Origin: Deltaproteobacteria bacterium GWA2_45_12
GTDB lineage: Bacteria; UBA10199
NCBI GenBank assembly: GCA_001797365.1
Contig: MGPH01000030.1
Span: 1,963 to 65,962 of the forward strand
DNA length: 64,000 nucleotides
Reading direction: 5' to 3'
Shown piece after piece: positions 26,339 through 37,798 of this stretch; positions within the stretch are counted from its first letter, which is position 1; every line of letters begins with the position of its first letter. Below the pieces are notes generated by a model that ran no database searches, was not told where the DNA came from, and saw only the letters and a list, made by a program, of their open reading frames with translations. The position numbers were made by a program, and so were the translations under genes.

Positions 26339-27697
26339 ATGTTTTTTAAAGATCCACGTGTTCGTGTTGGGGCCTTTATTGTTGCCATTCTTTTCATCCT
26401 TACCTACGCCACCCTTAAAGTAAGTAAGCAATCGTTTCTTCCGGGTGGAAGCCAAAAATATTTCATGGTGATTGGGTCGGCTGTGGGGATGAGCCAAAAA
26501 ACCCCCGTTCAAATTGCCGGCGTGCAAGTCGGTTATGTTTCTGAAATTGAATTGCTCGATCATTCGAAAGCCAAACTCACTTTAAAATTAAGTAAAAAAG
26601 TCAAATTGGCCGATGGAATAGTGGCCCGTGTCCGCTCAATGGGTTTTTTGGGAGATACCTATATTGATCTCATTCAACCCGTTGAAGTGACATCGTGGCT
26701 AGAGGCAGAAAGTACTATTCCGGCCCAAAGCACGGGGGGTGATTTTGGGTCGCTGGGAGGGGAGCTTTCTGATGTGACAGGGGATGTCAAGGCCATTACA
26801 AGCACTCTTCGAAAATACATGGCAGGGGACGATTCAAGTTTTGCGCATACCTTAAACAATATTGAACGGTTAACCGAAGCCCTTGGCCGTGTCTCTGTTC
26901 AAAATGAACAGAACCTGAATGCGATCATCGGTAATTTCAAATCTGTTTCAGAAAACCTGAATCTTTTGATTGCCCGCAATTTTTCAAGAATTGATAACAC
27001 GGCCGGCAACATGGAAGAAATTACCGACAAAATAAGAAGAGGGGAAGGCACTTTGGGAAAACTGGTTAACGATGATGCCACCGTTGAAAAATTAAATGAG
27101 TCCATTGACAATTTAAATGATCTCTTGGGAAGTTCAAACAAGCTTCAGCTCGACATGGGCTACCATACCGAATATTTATCCTCCACGGAGCAGTTTAAGC
27201 ATTATGTGTCGTTGGCCGTAAAGCCAAAGCCCGATAAATATTTTCTTTTTGAATTGGTGGATGACCCGGCCCCCGACACCAAGCATAAGACAAAAACGAG
27301 TCAAATCACCACCAACGGGGTGACGACAACCGTGCGCGAAGAAATTGAAACGGATGATACGGATCGATTTATTTTTTCAGCTCAGTTTGCCAAACAGTTT
27401 TATGATTTCACTCTGCGTGGAGGGCTTATTGAATCCAGTGGTGGGGCAGGGATGGATTATAAAAAAGGCCCTTTTGGAGCGCAGTTTTCCGCCTTTGATT
27501 TTGAAACCAAGCACGGAGAAAAACCCCATCTTAAAGCCACGAGCACCTACAATATCACCAAAAGTTTTTATATCATGGGGGGGGCCGATGATTTTATCAA
27601 TCCCGAACAGGATACCGATTGGATCATGGGGGCCGGTATTTCGGTGACCGATGATGATCTTAAGTCGGTCTTGGGAATGTCACGATTGAAACCGTAA
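26339..27697 (+). CDS. MCE/MlaD-family protein with a long C-terminal extension
   Basis: 452 aa; N-terminal TM helix and an MCE domain (QIAGVQVGYVSEIEL...LKLS...LADGIVARVRSMGFLGDTYIDL); no mlaE/mlaF neighbours. Confidence 0.7.
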   Translation: MFFKDPRVRVGAFIVAILFILTYATLKVSKQSFLPGGSQKYFMVIGSAVGMSQKTPVQIAGVQVGYVSEIELLDHSKAKLTLKLSKKVKLADGIVARVRSMGFLGDTYIDLIQPVEVTSWLEAESTIPAQSTGGDFGSLGGELSDVTGDVKAITSTLRKYMAGDDSSFAHTLNNIERLTEALGRVSVQNEQNLNAIIGNFKSVSENLNLLIARNFSRIDNTAGNMEEITDKIRRGEGTLGKLVNDDATVEKLNESIDNLNDLLGSSNKLQLDMGYHTEYLSSTEQFKHYVSLAVKPKPDKYFLFELVDDPAPDTKHKTKTSQITTNGVTTTVREEIETDDTDRFIFSAQFAKQFYDFTLRGGLIESSGGAGMDYKKGPFGAQFSAFDFETKHGEKPHLKATSTYNITKSFYIMGGADDFINPEQDTDWIMGAGISVTDDDLKSVLGMSRLKP

Positions 27698-27705
27698 ATA
27701 TGTAG

Positions 27706-27762
27706 GGGCGATCCTCGTGATCGCCCGTTCAGGGTAGTGACAGGTTGCGACCTGTCACTACC
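27706..27762 (+). terminator. two tandem perfect hairpins after the MCE gene (GGGCGATC-ctcgt-GATCGCCC; GGTAGTGACAGGT-tgcg-ACCTGTCACTACC)
   Basis: 8 bp and 13 bp perfect stems 9-65 nt after the stop at 27697 and immediately before purH. No U-tract follows, so they are not classical intrinsic terminators. Confidence 0.35.
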
Positions 27763-27775
27763 AAAGGAAATTAAC

Positions 27776-29329
27776 ATGCCTCAAATAAAACGCGCCATTA
27801 TCAGTGTTACAGACAAAACCGGGATTGTTGAATTCGGAAAATTTTTGCAAAGCATGAATGTTGAAATTTTATCCACCGGCGGCACGGCCAAGGTGCTTCG
27901 CGAAGCGGGAGTGAAGGTTGTGGATGTGTCCGAATATACGGGCTCGCCGGAAATTTTAGATGGGCGTTTAAAAACAATCCATCCCAAAATTGAAGGTGGC
28001 TTGTTGGGGATTCGTTCCAATCCAAAACATCTTCAGGAAATGAAGGCTAATGATATCCATCCCATTGATATGGTCATTGTGAATCTTTATGAATTTGAAA
28101 AAACAGTGGCCAAACCAGGCGTGCATTTAGAAGAGGCTATAGAAAACATCGATATCGGAGGCCCCACCATGCTGAGGGCTGCGGCCAAAAACCATCCCGA
28201 TGTGACCGTGGTTGCTGATTTCAACGATTACCCTTGTCTTATAGAAGAGATGAAAAAATCATCTGGAAGCATTTCTTCTGAAACCAATTTTAAATTAGCG
28301 GTGAAAGTTTTTCAAAAAACCGCGCAGTATGATTCAGCCATTTCCAATTATTTGACTCCCAAAATCACCACGGAAGGTTTCCCGGATATTTACCAGATCA
28401 GCCTCGCAAAAGTGCAGGACCTTCGTTATGGAGAAAACCCTCATCAGAAGGCGGCTTTTTATAAAGATGTACAAGCGCCGACGGGAAGTCTGGTGGAAGC
28501 CAAACAAATTCACGGCAAGGAACTTTCGTTCAACAATCTTTTGGATTTGGAAGCGGCCCTCAATTGTGTGCGCGAATTTTCTCTTCCCGCGTGCGTTATC
28601 GTTAAACACACGAACCCTTGCGGGGTGGCTGTGGGTAAGGATTTGGCTGAAAGCTATGTGCGCGCCAAAGAAGCCGATCCTGTTTCGTGCTTTGGCGGGA
28701 TCATCGGGTTAAACCGTGTTGTCGACCCGGCTTGTGCCCAGGCTATTTCAGAAACTTTTTACGAATGCATTATTGCGCCGGGGTTTGAACCTGCTGCCTT
28801 AAAAATCCTCGAAGCAAAAAAGAATATCCGTTTAATGGTTTTGGCCCCCGTAGGGGCGCAATTTATTGCGCCCGTTCTCGACATCAAACGTGTCGGTGGG
28901 GGACTCTTGCTGCAGGACAAAGATTTGGGGAGTGTCGATATTCGCACCGTCAAGGTTGTTTCCCAAAGAAAACCCACAGAACAAGAATATAACGAACTTG
29001 ATTTTGCCTGGAAGGTGGCCAAACACGTCAAATCAAACGCCATCGTTTTTACCAAAGACGGTCAAACTTTGGGAGTGGGGGCTGGCCAAATGAGTCGGGT
29101 CGATTCTGTCAATCTTGCGGTGATGAAGGCTAAAAAATCACTTAAGGGTTCTGTTCTGGCTTCCGATGCCTTTTTCCCTTTTCGTGATGGTTTGGATGCC
29201 GCTGCCAAGCAGGGCATTACGGCGGTTATTCAGCCTGGTGGTTCTGTCAAAGATGAAGAAGTCATCCAAGCCGCCAATGAACATGGCCTGGCGATGATCT
29301 TCACTGGCATGCGGCATTTTAGGCATTGA
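27776..29329 (+). CDS. purH: bifunctional AICAR transformylase / IMP cyclohydrolase
   Basis: [20 protein letters not shown] (MGS-like IMPCH domain) plus a C-terminal AICARFT domain. The ORF-track start at 27737 reads through the upstream hairpin. Confidence 0.93.
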   Translation: MPQIKRAIISVTDKTGIVEFGKFLQSMNVEILSTGGTAKVLREAGVKVVDVSEYTGSPEILDGRLKTIHPKIEGGLLGIRSNPKHLQEMKANDIHPIDMVIVNLYEFEKTVAKPGVHLEEAIENIDIGGPTMLRAAAKNHPDVTVVADFNDYPCLIEEMKKSSGSISSETNFKLAVKVFQKTAQYDSAISNYLTPKITTEGFPDIYQISLAKVQDLRYGENPHQKAAFYKDVQAPTGSLVEAKQIHGKELSFNNLLDLEAALNCVREFSLPACVIVKHTNPCGVAVGKDLAESYVRAKEADPVSCFGGIIGLNRVVDPACAQAISETFYECIIAPGFEPAALKILEAKKNIRLMVLAPVGAQFIAPVLDIKRVGGGLLLQDKDLGSVDIRTVKVVSQRKPTEQEYNELDFAWKVAKHVKSNAIVFTKDGQTLGVGAGQMSRVDSVNLAVMKAKKSLKGSVLASDAFFPFRDGLDAAAKQGITAVIQPGGSVKDEEVIQAANEHGLAMIFTGMRHFRH

Positions 29330-30455
29330 TCGGGAATTCTTTAAAGTATTCAAAAGGGCTTATGACGTGGAGTTTGTTTTTTGAGTATGATTTTTTGAGT
29401 TGTCCTACAATTTGTACTGCATTTTTGGGATTTAGTTTTTCAGCATAATATTGAAGTGATTTTGAAACTTCATCATCGCCCCATTTTACTTCAATTAAAT
29501 CTTCCACATTGCCATCTTTAAGAACGACAAAATCAACTTCACGGCCTTCCTTGTCACGAATGTAATTCAATTCCATTTTGTAACCGAACCTGTCCTCAAT
29601 ATAATTAAGTTTTTTAAGCAAGTGGGTGGCGACCAGATTTTCAAAACGAGCTCCTTCATCGCCCATAATGTCGGCATTATCGAAAAAGTAAATTTTGGGG
29701 GGCTTAAGAATGGCCCGTGCCAAATTGTTTGTATAGGGTTTGACTTTAAAAACAACATACATTCGTTCCAAAATATCGACCCAATTTTTGACAGCATTGA
29801 AAGATACATGCAAGTTTTCGGCTATATTGGCAATGACCACAGCAGATCCGACCCTTTTTCTGAGCAAATCAAGAAGCAGGGCAAGGTATTGTATGTCTTT
29901 GATGGGTTCCAGATCACGGACGTCATTGCGCAGAATTTTTTCATAGCGTTCTTTTCTCCATCGTCTGGCTTCAATTTCATTTCCATCCAGAAAAGGTTCG
30001 GGGAATCCACCCACAGTCATGAGTCTTCCAAACACTTCTTTTTTATTTAACTTGGCTGGATGTTCTTCCAAAGAAAATGGATGGAGTCGCCAAGAATGAT
30101 ACCGCCCCATGAGTGAATCGCCCCCGCGCCGATAAGTGTCCAAACGGGCACTCCCCGTGATCAAAAACTGGTGTTTGTCACGGTACTTGTCGAAAATTCC
30201 TTTGAGCCAGTTTTTCCATCGTTTGTATTTGTGAATTTCATCCAGAATGATGAGCTTTTCCTGTTCCAACCATTTAAGGGACAAAATATTGCTCTTATCT
30301 TTATCGAAGTCCCAATTGAAATAAACTCCGTGATCGTGGGCTTGTTCATGAAGAATGGTGTTGGCCAAGTAGGTTTTTCCAACCTGTCTGGGCCCACTTA
30401 GAAAAACCATCTTTTTTTGCAGATCCTTGACGATAAAAGGGGTCAAATAACGCAT
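29319..30455 (-). CDS. AAA-family ATPase (AAA_14/DUF4143 architecture)
   Basis: 378 aa; Walker [12 protein letters not shown]. Confidence 0.7.
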   Translation of the reverse strand: MRYLTPFIVKDLQKKMVFLSGPRQVGKTYLANTILHEQAHDHGVYFNWDFDKDKSNILSLKWLEQEKLIILDEIHKYKRWKNWLKGIFDKYRDKHQFLITGSARLDTYRRGGDSLMGRYHSWRLHPFSLEEHPAKLNKKEVFGRLMTVGGFPEPFLDGNEIEARRWRKERYEKILRNDVRDLEPIKDIQYLALLLDLLRKRVGSAVVIANIAENLHVSFNAVKNWVDILERMYVVFKVKPYTNNLARAILKPPKIYFFDNADIMGDEGARFENLVATHLLKKLNYIEDRFGYKMELNYIRDKEGREVDFVVLKDGNVEDLIEVKWGDDEVSKSLQYYAEKLNPKNAVQIVGQLKKSYSKNKLHVISPFEYFKEFPINA

Positions 30456-30549
30456 ATGGCTATATTAACCCACAGGTTAATAGGGTCAAGGCTATTTTAA
30501 CTTATAGGTTAAAATAGCCATCACGGCATGCGACATTTTAGGTATTGAC

Positions 30550-30578
30550 GTAGGGACCCCGTAATGCGGGGTCCCTAC
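30550..30578. terminator. 12 bp-stem palindrome GTAGGGACCCCG-taatg-CGGGGTCCCTAC spanning the CCA gene stop
   Basis: Perfect stem at the 3' end of the minus-strand cca gene. A second 12 bp palindrome, GGCTATTTTAAC-ttatag-GTTAAAATAGCC, lies at 30493-30522. Confidence 0.4.
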
Positions 30579-31966
30579 ACGGTGAATTTCTCTTTCACCA
30601 ATTTCTCCAAGATTTCCTTCGTATTCAGCTCTGGTTCATCCAGTACTTTTTCCAATAGAAATTTTTGGATTTCACCAATGATGGGGCCGGGTTTGTAGCC
30701 CAGGGCCATGATGTCGTGGCCGTTTAAGGCCAGGTCTTTGGGGCCGAACGGGGGTTTTTTGTCCAATTCATCCTGGATTCTTTGGCGCAAATTTAAAATA
30801 CCCTTCATGCTGTCGGGGTAGCGCCCTCCTTTTTTATCGGCAATGCGCAGGTCGATCAAATCAAAAATATGATCCTTTCCGATTTTATTGACAAAGCGCC
30901 TGATGGCTCGTTCGGAATAAAAAGCCTTGGTTTCAAACATGTGGTTAAAGGTCATGTTTAACACCTTGCCGATGTTGACTCCAATGCAGGTGGCTTTATA
31001 TTCATTAAGCCATTGCTTCGCGATGCGCTTGGAAACGATCTGGTGATTGTAAAAAGTGGTTTTGTCCTTGTCTTTGTCATAGTTCACTGTGGCGGGTTTG
31101 CCGGCATCATGTAAAAGGGCGGCAAACATAAGGTCAATATCCCCCGGTTTGTCCAATTCTGCGGCACTACGAGCGGCATCTAATACCTTCATGGTGTGCT
31201 GATAGACGTCCTCATTTTTTTTCATGGGTTGCATGACACCAATCATGGGAGGGATGAAAGGGAAAACAAATTCAAGCAACCCCACCTCGCGCATAAGGTC
31301 AAACCCATGGGAGGGTTTTTCGGCCATGAACAATTTTTTGATCTCCCCGATGATGCGTTCTTTTGAAATTTCGCGAATAAGGGCGGCATTTTTTTTCATG
31401 CCGGCGATTGTTTCCGGTTCAATGGTCAAATGAAATCGTGCGCTAAATTGAACGGCCCGAAGAAGGCGAAGGGGGTCTTCAACAAAAGTGTTTTCAAAAA
31501 CCTGGCGGAGGATTTTTTTCCTTAAATCTTCCCGCCCGTTGTAGGGATCAAGATACTCCTGTGTTTTCAAATTTTTCGCGATGGCGTTGATGGTAAAATC
31601 ACGACGCCCCAAATCTTTTTCAACAGGGATATGGGGATCAAAATCAACCTCGAAGTCACGATGTCCGGGTCCGACAGATTTTTCAACGCGCGGCAGGCTT
31701 AAATCAAATTCGATATCGTTTTTTTGTCGGGGACGAAACTTGATGATGCCAAACGATTTTCCCACCGTATTGACCCATCCTTCCTTTTTAAGAAGGCTCA
31801 TGAGCGACTCCATGGGTAGGCCAGTGATGAGAAGATCGTTGTCTTTATGGGGGATGCCCAAGAGTTCATCGCGCACATTGCCGCCCACAAGATAAACTTC
31901 ACCACCGGTTTTAAAAATGGAATCGACGAATGGGAATTGATTGCAGAGAGAAGACATCAGAAGCAT
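30575..31966 (-). CDS. cca: CCA tRNA nucleotidyltransferase / poly(A) polymerase family with an HD domain
   Basis: GGNVRDELLG nucleotidyltransferase head motif, with HD residues in LLHDAGK. The start is taken at MLLMSS (31964-66), because the ORF-track start at 32002 lies inside the REP palindrome. Confidence 0.8.
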   Translation of the reverse strand: MLLMSSLCNQFPFVDSIFKTGGEVYLVGGNVRDELLGIPHKDNDLLITGLPMESLMSLLKKEGWVNTVGKSFGIIKFRPRQKNDIEFDLSLPRVEKSVGPGHRDFEVDFDPHIPVEKDLGRRDFTINAIAKNLKTQEYLDPYNGREDLRKKILRQVFENTFVEDPLRLLRAVQFSARFHLTIEPETIAGMKKNAALIREISKERIIGEIKKLFMAEKPSHGFDLMREVGLLEFVFPFIPPMIGVMQPMKKNEDVYQHTMKVLDAARSAAELDKPGDIDLMFAALLHDAGKPATVNYDKDKDKTTFYNHQIVSKRIAKQWLNEYKATCIGVNIGKVLNMTFNHMFETKAFYSERAIRRFVNKIGKDHIFDLIDLRIADKKGGRYPDSMKGILNLRQRIQDELDKKPPFGPKDLALNGHDIMALGYKPGPIIGEIQKFLLEKVLDEPELNTKEILEKLVKEKFTV

Positions 31967-31992
31967 GGTTCGACTAAGTCCGCCATGCCTGG

Positions 31993-32020
31993 GTAGGGGC
32001 AATTCATGAATTGCCCTTAC
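31993..32020. repeat. REP-like palindrome copy (GTAGGGGCAATTCATGAATTGCCCTTAC)
   Basis: Lies between the divergent or convergent ends of the cca and PpiD-like genes. Confidence 0.75.
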
Positions 32021-32050
32021 AAGATGGGGGAAGCTAGTCGAAAAGGGTAA

Positions 32051-33190
32051 TTAAGTGGATTCAACAATCTTGATTTTGGCTGATTTCTTTTTTTCTTCAA
32101 ACCATTGATCAAAAATTGATGCAACACGTTCTTCTTTTAATTTTTGGATTTCTTCCTGTTTTTTGGTTTCAAACTCGGTCCAGTCCGCTTGTTTTTTTTC
32201 AACAAGCTTTACCAGATAGATCGCATCCCCTGTGTCAATAATGGAATCGAGAATGGGTTTTTCAGGGGACAGGCCGGCCAGTTTTTGGATGTCGTCAGGA
32301 CGAATGCCGGGGAAGGCTATTTGCATCTCATTTAAATTCACACTGTCGGTTTCATCTTCCAGAAGTTCATTTTTTTTAACAAAGGATGCAACATTGCCGC
32401 TCCCTTTCCATAAAGGAAGCATTTCCTGGGCAAGCGAGTCAGCTTTGGCATGCCCCGTTTTTTTGTTTAATTCCTGAACGGCTTCCTGTTTTAAAATATC
32501 ATCAGGGGGAAGGGTTTCTTTTGTGGATGATTTTTTCTGGTCAATCCAGGCCTGAATTTCTTTTTCATCCGGAATGTTTTTTTCGGCCAAAGGCATGAAT
32601 TGAAGACTTACCTTTTTGAATTTGAAACGCGTATTTTCACTGGCAAAATGGCTTTTGACTTCGTTGTCGGAAACAACAACCATGTTTGAGAAATATTGGA
32701 ACAGTTTGGCTTTGGTGAGGGCATTTTTAAGCCATTCTTCGTAATCAATGGCATACCGATTGGCAAACCAGGGACGAAAGCGGCTTTGATAAAAAACAGA
32801 ATCAAATTTTCCATCTTTTTGGGCCTGGGGTGTTTTTTGGATGGCATCGGCTAGTTCGGCATTGGAAACAGCAAGTCCTATTTTTTCGGCTTCAGTGACC
32901 AGGATTTTTTCATTGATAATGCCATTTAAAACCATGCTCCGGAATTTTTGTTCAAAACTTTCGGGAAGGTTTTTATACATTTCGTTTGATTCCTGTTTTT
33001 CAAGGATTTGTCCCTGCAAATAGGCCACCGTAATGGGTTCCCCGTTGACTTTGGCGACAACAGCCGAAGGGTGGTTCTGGCTCTTTCTAAGGGTGCCCGA
33101 ACCAAAAAAGAAAATGAAGACAACGGCGATAAGGCCCAGGATGGCTTTGGTGATCCATGTGGAAGCATGTTTTCGAAGAATGGTTAACAT
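32051..33190 (-). CDS. PpiD/SurA-N-domain periplasmic chaperone-like protein (membrane anchored; no clear parvulin domain)
   Basis: 379 aa; N-terminal TM helix ILGLIAVVFIFFFG, then a SurA-N-like region. Confidence 0.5.
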   Translation of the reverse strand: MLTILRKHASTWITKAILGLIAVVFIFFFGSGTLRKSQNHPSAVVAKVNGEPITVAYLQGQILEKQESNEMYKNLPESFEQKFRSMVLNGIINEKILVTEAEKIGLAVSNAELADAIQKTPQAQKDGKFDSVFYQSRFRPWFANRYAIDYEEWLKNALTKAKLFQYFSNMVVVSDNEVKSHFASENTRFKFKKVSLQFMPLAEKNIPDEKEIQAWIDQKKSSTKETLPPDDILKQEAVQELNKKTGHAKADSLAQEMLPLWKGSGNVASFVKKNELLEDETDSVNLNEMQIAFPGIRPDDIQKLAGLSPEKPILDSIIDTGDAIYLVKLVEKKQADWTEFETKKQEEIQKLKEERVASIFDQWFEEKKKSAKIKIVEST

Positions 33191-33288
33191 AATTTCTCCA
33201 AAGTAAACTCAAAGGCCTTGGCATTGCAACAAATTTCTTGCTTTGATGGCTTTGCTTCTGATACTTTGAAAAAATATATTAACCTTAA

Positions 33289-34332
<1,044 letters not shown>

Positions 34333-34369
34333 GGCAGTTTTTACATTCCCATTTTTGCCTTAAAAATTC

Positions 34370-35191
34370 ATGAGAAAAAGAATTCTCCTGTCGGTCGCTT
34401 TACTTCTGACTCTTTTGGTCATTCTTCATCAACATTATCAAGAATCGGGTTCATCCGGTTTTTATCCTGCCAAGACAGTCAATTTTGTTTATCGTCCCTT
34501 TCAAAATCTTGCTTATGTGACAAGTAGGTTCGTCAAAAATACCTGGAAACACTATATAGCCCTGGTCGATGCCCAAAAAGAAAATGAAGCTTTAAAGAAA
34601 CAGATTCATCAAAAACAATTGCTGGTGGTGGCTTTGGAAGAACGCATTAAGAGCATCCTTAAAGTGTCCAAAGCTCAAAGCTATGCCGAAGATTTAAAAT
34701 TGGACGGAGTGCCGGCTCATATTTTGGCCTATGATCCTTTTGCCCAGATTCAGTCCGTGTGGGTTTCCAAAGGATCTGAAAATGGGGTGGTGTTGAATTC
34801 GCCGGTTATTAATGAACGTGGTTTGGTAGGGCGTGTGATTCGAGTTTTAGAAGATAGTTCCCTGGTTCTTTTGATGGTTGATTCCCACTTTTCGGTGGAT
34901 GTCATTAATACCGAAAGCAGGGTGAGGGCCTTGGTGGTGGGTTCCGGGGTGGATGCCATCCGTCTCAAACGCTATCCCCTTATTTCACACATTGAATATT
35001 TTGATTTGGGCCAGCCCTTTAAACGCGGAGATCTTTTGGTGACCTCCGGGCTCGGCGGTATTTATCCTGGCGGTATTCCTGTGGGAACGGTGGCCGATAT
35101 TCGGAGGGCCGAAGATTCATCAGTCGATCGGTCAACCGTCATCCCGGAAGTCGATTTTTCAACACTTGAAGAAGTGGTGATCTTGCAATGA
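34370..35191 (+). CDS. mreC: rod shape-determining protein MreC
   Basis: 273 aa; N-terminal TM helix, coiled coil, C-terminal beta domains; position after mreB. Confidence 0.8.
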   Translation: MRKRILLSVALLLTLLVILHQHYQESGSSGFYPAKTVNFVYRPFQNLAYVTSRFVKNTWKHYIALVDAQKENEALKKQIHQKQLLVVALEERIKSILKVSKAQSYAEDLKLDGVPAHILAYDPFAQIQSVWVSKGSENGVVLNSPVINERGLVGRVIRVLEDSSLVLLMVDSHFSVDVINTESRVRALVVGSGVDAIRLKRYPLISHIEYFDLGQPFKRGDLLVTSGLGGIYPGGIPVGTVADIRRAEDSSVDRSTVIPEVDFSTLEEVVILQ

Positions 35192-35745
35192 AAATAATCT
35201 TTGTCATTTTGGTGGTCCTTTTTTTGCTGCCCTTGCAGATGTTGTTTCGATTTTCTTTGGGGAACATTTCCCTGAATCTTGAATTTTCAATCATCCTGAT
35301 TATTTTCATCGGTTTTGAATTTGGACTTTTTGAAGGGTTGGTTTCAGTGGCTGTTCTTTCACTGATGTTGGAAGCTTCCAGTGCCATCACTCCTTTTTCC
35401 ACACTTTTTGTGGGATGTTTTGTTTTTGTGACCATTTATCTTCTTATGGATCAGTTTTATACCGAGGCCTATGTCACCAAAGCCCTATGGGTCGGGTTTC
35501 TCACCTTGTTTATCAAATTTTTGTATGGCTTTGTCCTGTACCGCGAAGTGGCCCATTTGGACAAAGTCTGGTTTTGGGAACAATTATTTGTTCAATCTGT
35601 CATAAATGCCCTTATTGCCATCCCGAGTCTCTTGTTTTTGGATAGGAGCTTATCGTTCTGGCTGACGAAAACATCCAGAAAAAAAGCCCAAATCACGGGA
35701 GCCGACTATTTTGTTTCGAAGAGCAAGCAGAGACGGTATTTGTAA
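35188..35745 (+). CDS. mreD: rod shape-determining protein MreD
   Basis: 185 aa polytopic membrane protein overlapping the mreC stop. Confidence 0.65.
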   Translation: MKIIFVILVVLFLLPLQMLFRFSLGNISLNLEFSIILIIFIGFEFGLFEGLVSVAVLSLMLEASSAITPFSTLFVGCFVFVTIYLLMDQFYTEAYVTKALWVGFLTLFIKFLYGFVLYREVAHLDKVWFWEQLFVQSVINALIAIPSLLFLDRSLSFWLTKTSRKKAQITGADYFVSKSKQRRYL

Positions 35746-35763
35746 TTTTCACCCTCTCCCTCA

Positions 35764-35786
35764 CCCTCCCCCCTCAAGGGGGAGGG
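35764..35786 (+). promoter_or_regulatory. hairpin CCCTCCCCC-CTCAA-GGGGGAGGG sequestering a Shine-Dalgarno-like G-run 10 nt upstream of mrdA
   Basis: Same loop (CTCAA) and stem type as the hairpin at 14873..14895 before queE. Confidence 0.45.
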
Positions 35787-35796
35787 GATATATATT

Positions 35797-37680
35797 ATGC
35801 CCCTTTACACCTCAGATGAAGATGTTGGTTATCTCCAGAAAAAAGTGGGGCTCTTGCTGATTTTTATTTTTTTATTCCTGTTCATTGTTGTTGCCAGGCT
35901 TCTTTATCTGCAGGTGATCAAGGGGCCCAACTATCGTATTCTTTCTGATCAAATCTCTGTTCGTGAAGAGGAAATAAGAGCCAAAAGGGGGCTTGTGCTT
36001 GACCGTAACGGGAAAGTACTTGCTGATAATCGTTCCATCTTTGAGATTGTCGCCATTCCCCAAGATTTAAAAGACAAAGAGGAAACAATAAAAAAACTGA
36101 CAGAGCTTGTTCCTTTGACCACTGAAGAAATTAACGAGAAGCTGAAAATGGCCCGGGGCCAGCTTCCCTTTTTCCCCGTTGTATTGGCCAGTGATGTTCC
36201 CTATGACTGGGTGGCCAAAATCAGTGAATACAACAAGCCTACCGATGACGAAATGGGGCCTTCGACCTTGCCTGGGATTGAAGTCCGCAGGGCCCGTATC
36301 CGACGTTATTTATATCCTGATTTGTTTTCACATGTGATTGGTTATTTAAAAGAGGTTGACAGGGAAAATTTGGAGAAATTGAAAAAATCCCATGGGGATC
36401 ATTACAGCATGGGCGATCTGGTGGGAACCAGTGGGCTTGAGACGACCTACGATGAATATCTTAAGGGCACCGACGGGGTTTTGGCCCGTGTGGTTGATGC
36501 TCGTGGCAAGGAAATACGCAATAATCCGGATGTCACACTCATTGGGGAAAGGGCCAATCTGACTCCGGTTTCGGGTTATGATTTGCAGACCGGCCTTGAT
36601 TTTAAGGCGCAGGAAGCAGCGAGCCTTTCTTTTAAAGGAAGAAGAGGGGCGGCTGTTGCCCTTGACCCCAATACAGGGGAGGTGATCGTTCTCTACAGTG
36701 CCCCCAATTTTGACGGCAACCGCATTATCAAAAATATTGACAAACCTTACTGGCAAAAAATCAATTTGGATCCCGACAAATATCTTTATAATCGGGCCAT
36801 ACAAGCCACTTATCCTCCGGGGTCTACCTATAAGATGGTGACAAGTTTGTCTGGTTTATCTTCCCAAAAAATAAATCCGGAAACGGTTTTTCATTGCAGT
36901 GGAGGGCTCCAATTTGGAAACCGTGTTTTTCATTGCTGGAACAAACATGGACATGGGGCCGTTTCCCTTGTACGTGCCCTCACCCAGTCCTGCGATATTT
37001 TTTATTATCAAACCGGACTGAGGGCAGGGGTGGATACATTAAATCAATACGCCCATCGTTTGGGGCTTGGTGAAAAAACGGGCATTGATCTTCCTTATGA
37101 AAAAGCCGGGCTTATTCCCACCACCGATTGGAAACAAAAAAGATTCAAGCGGCCATGGATTGAAAGTGAAACGCTTTCCATTTCCATTGGTCAAGGATAT
37201 GACCTGGTGACTCCCCTGCAAAATGCCCTCATGGTGGGAATTATTGCCAATGGGGGGCATAAGTTTGTTCCCCATGTTGTCAATAGACTTGTTGACTCCG
37301 AAGGAAAGGCTATTCTGGAAATAAATGACAAAATAGATCCGGAACCTTTAAATCCTGAATATTTGAAATGGATTCATGAAGGTTTAATCCAGGTGGTTCA
37401 CGGGCAGGGAACGGCCGGACGCCTTCGGGCCAGTAAATTCAAGATTGCCGGCAAAACAGGAACAGCGCAGGTTTTAGGCTATGAATCCAAAGCGGCTCAT
37501 TCCGAGCGCACCAAGGACCATGCCTTGTTTGTGGGGTATGCTCCGTATGATAATCCCCAGATTGCCGTTTCTGTTGTGGTTGAAAACGGGGGGCATGGGG
37601 GCAGTGAAGCAGGGCCGGTGGCCATGGCCATCATTGATGCTTACTTGGAACCGCGTGTTGCAGTAGATTCTCGCCCGTGA
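35797..37680 (+). CDS. mrdA: penicillin-binding protein 2 (peptidoglycan D,D-transpeptidase)
   Basis: 627 aa; STYK active-site motif (PPGSTYKMV) and KTGT (AGKTGTA). Confidence 0.9.
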   Translation: MPLYTSDEDVGYLQKKVGLLLIFIFLFLFIVVARLLYLQVIKGPNYRILSDQISVREEEIRAKRGLVLDRNGKVLADNRSIFEIVAIPQDLKDKEETIKKLTELVPLTTEEINEKLKMARGQLPFFPVVLASDVPYDWVAKISEYNKPTDDEMGPSTLPGIEVRRARIRRYLYPDLFSHVIGYLKEVDRENLEKLKKSHGDHYSMGDLVGTSGLETTYDEYLKGTDGVLARVVDARGKEIRNNPDVTLIGERANLTPVSGYDLQTGLDFKAQEAASLSFKGRRGAAVALDPNTGEVIVLYSAPNFDGNRIIKNIDKPYWQKINLDPDKYLYNRAIQATYPPGSTYKMVTSLSGLSSQKINPETVFHCSGGLQFGNRVFHCWNKHGHGAVSLVRALTQSCDIFYYQTGLRAGVDTLNQYAHRLGLGEKTGIDLPYEKAGLIPTTDWKQKRFKRPWIESETLSISIGQGYDLVTPLQNALMVGIIANGGHKFVPHVVNRLVDSEGKAILEINDKIDPEPLNPEYLKWIHEGLIQVVHGQGTAGRLRASKFKIAGKTGTAQVLGYESKAAHSERTKDHALFVGYAPYDNPQIAVSVVVENGGHGGSEAGPVAMAIIDAYLEPRVAVDSRP

Positions 37681-37798
37681 GAATCTACCCAGCGCCACAG
37701 GCGCGTTGAGGGGGAGGCTCCAGCGGCTTTGCCGATGGAGGGGGCGACGCGAGCCCCTATAATAGGGCAGGGCAACCCTGCCCCTACGGAAGAATAAT

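Noticed and set aside
29319-30455. DUF4143 AAA ATPase as part of a defence system
   Set aside because: It is a stand-alone gene with no nuclease or partner gene adjacent; this family is ubiquitous and usually solitary.
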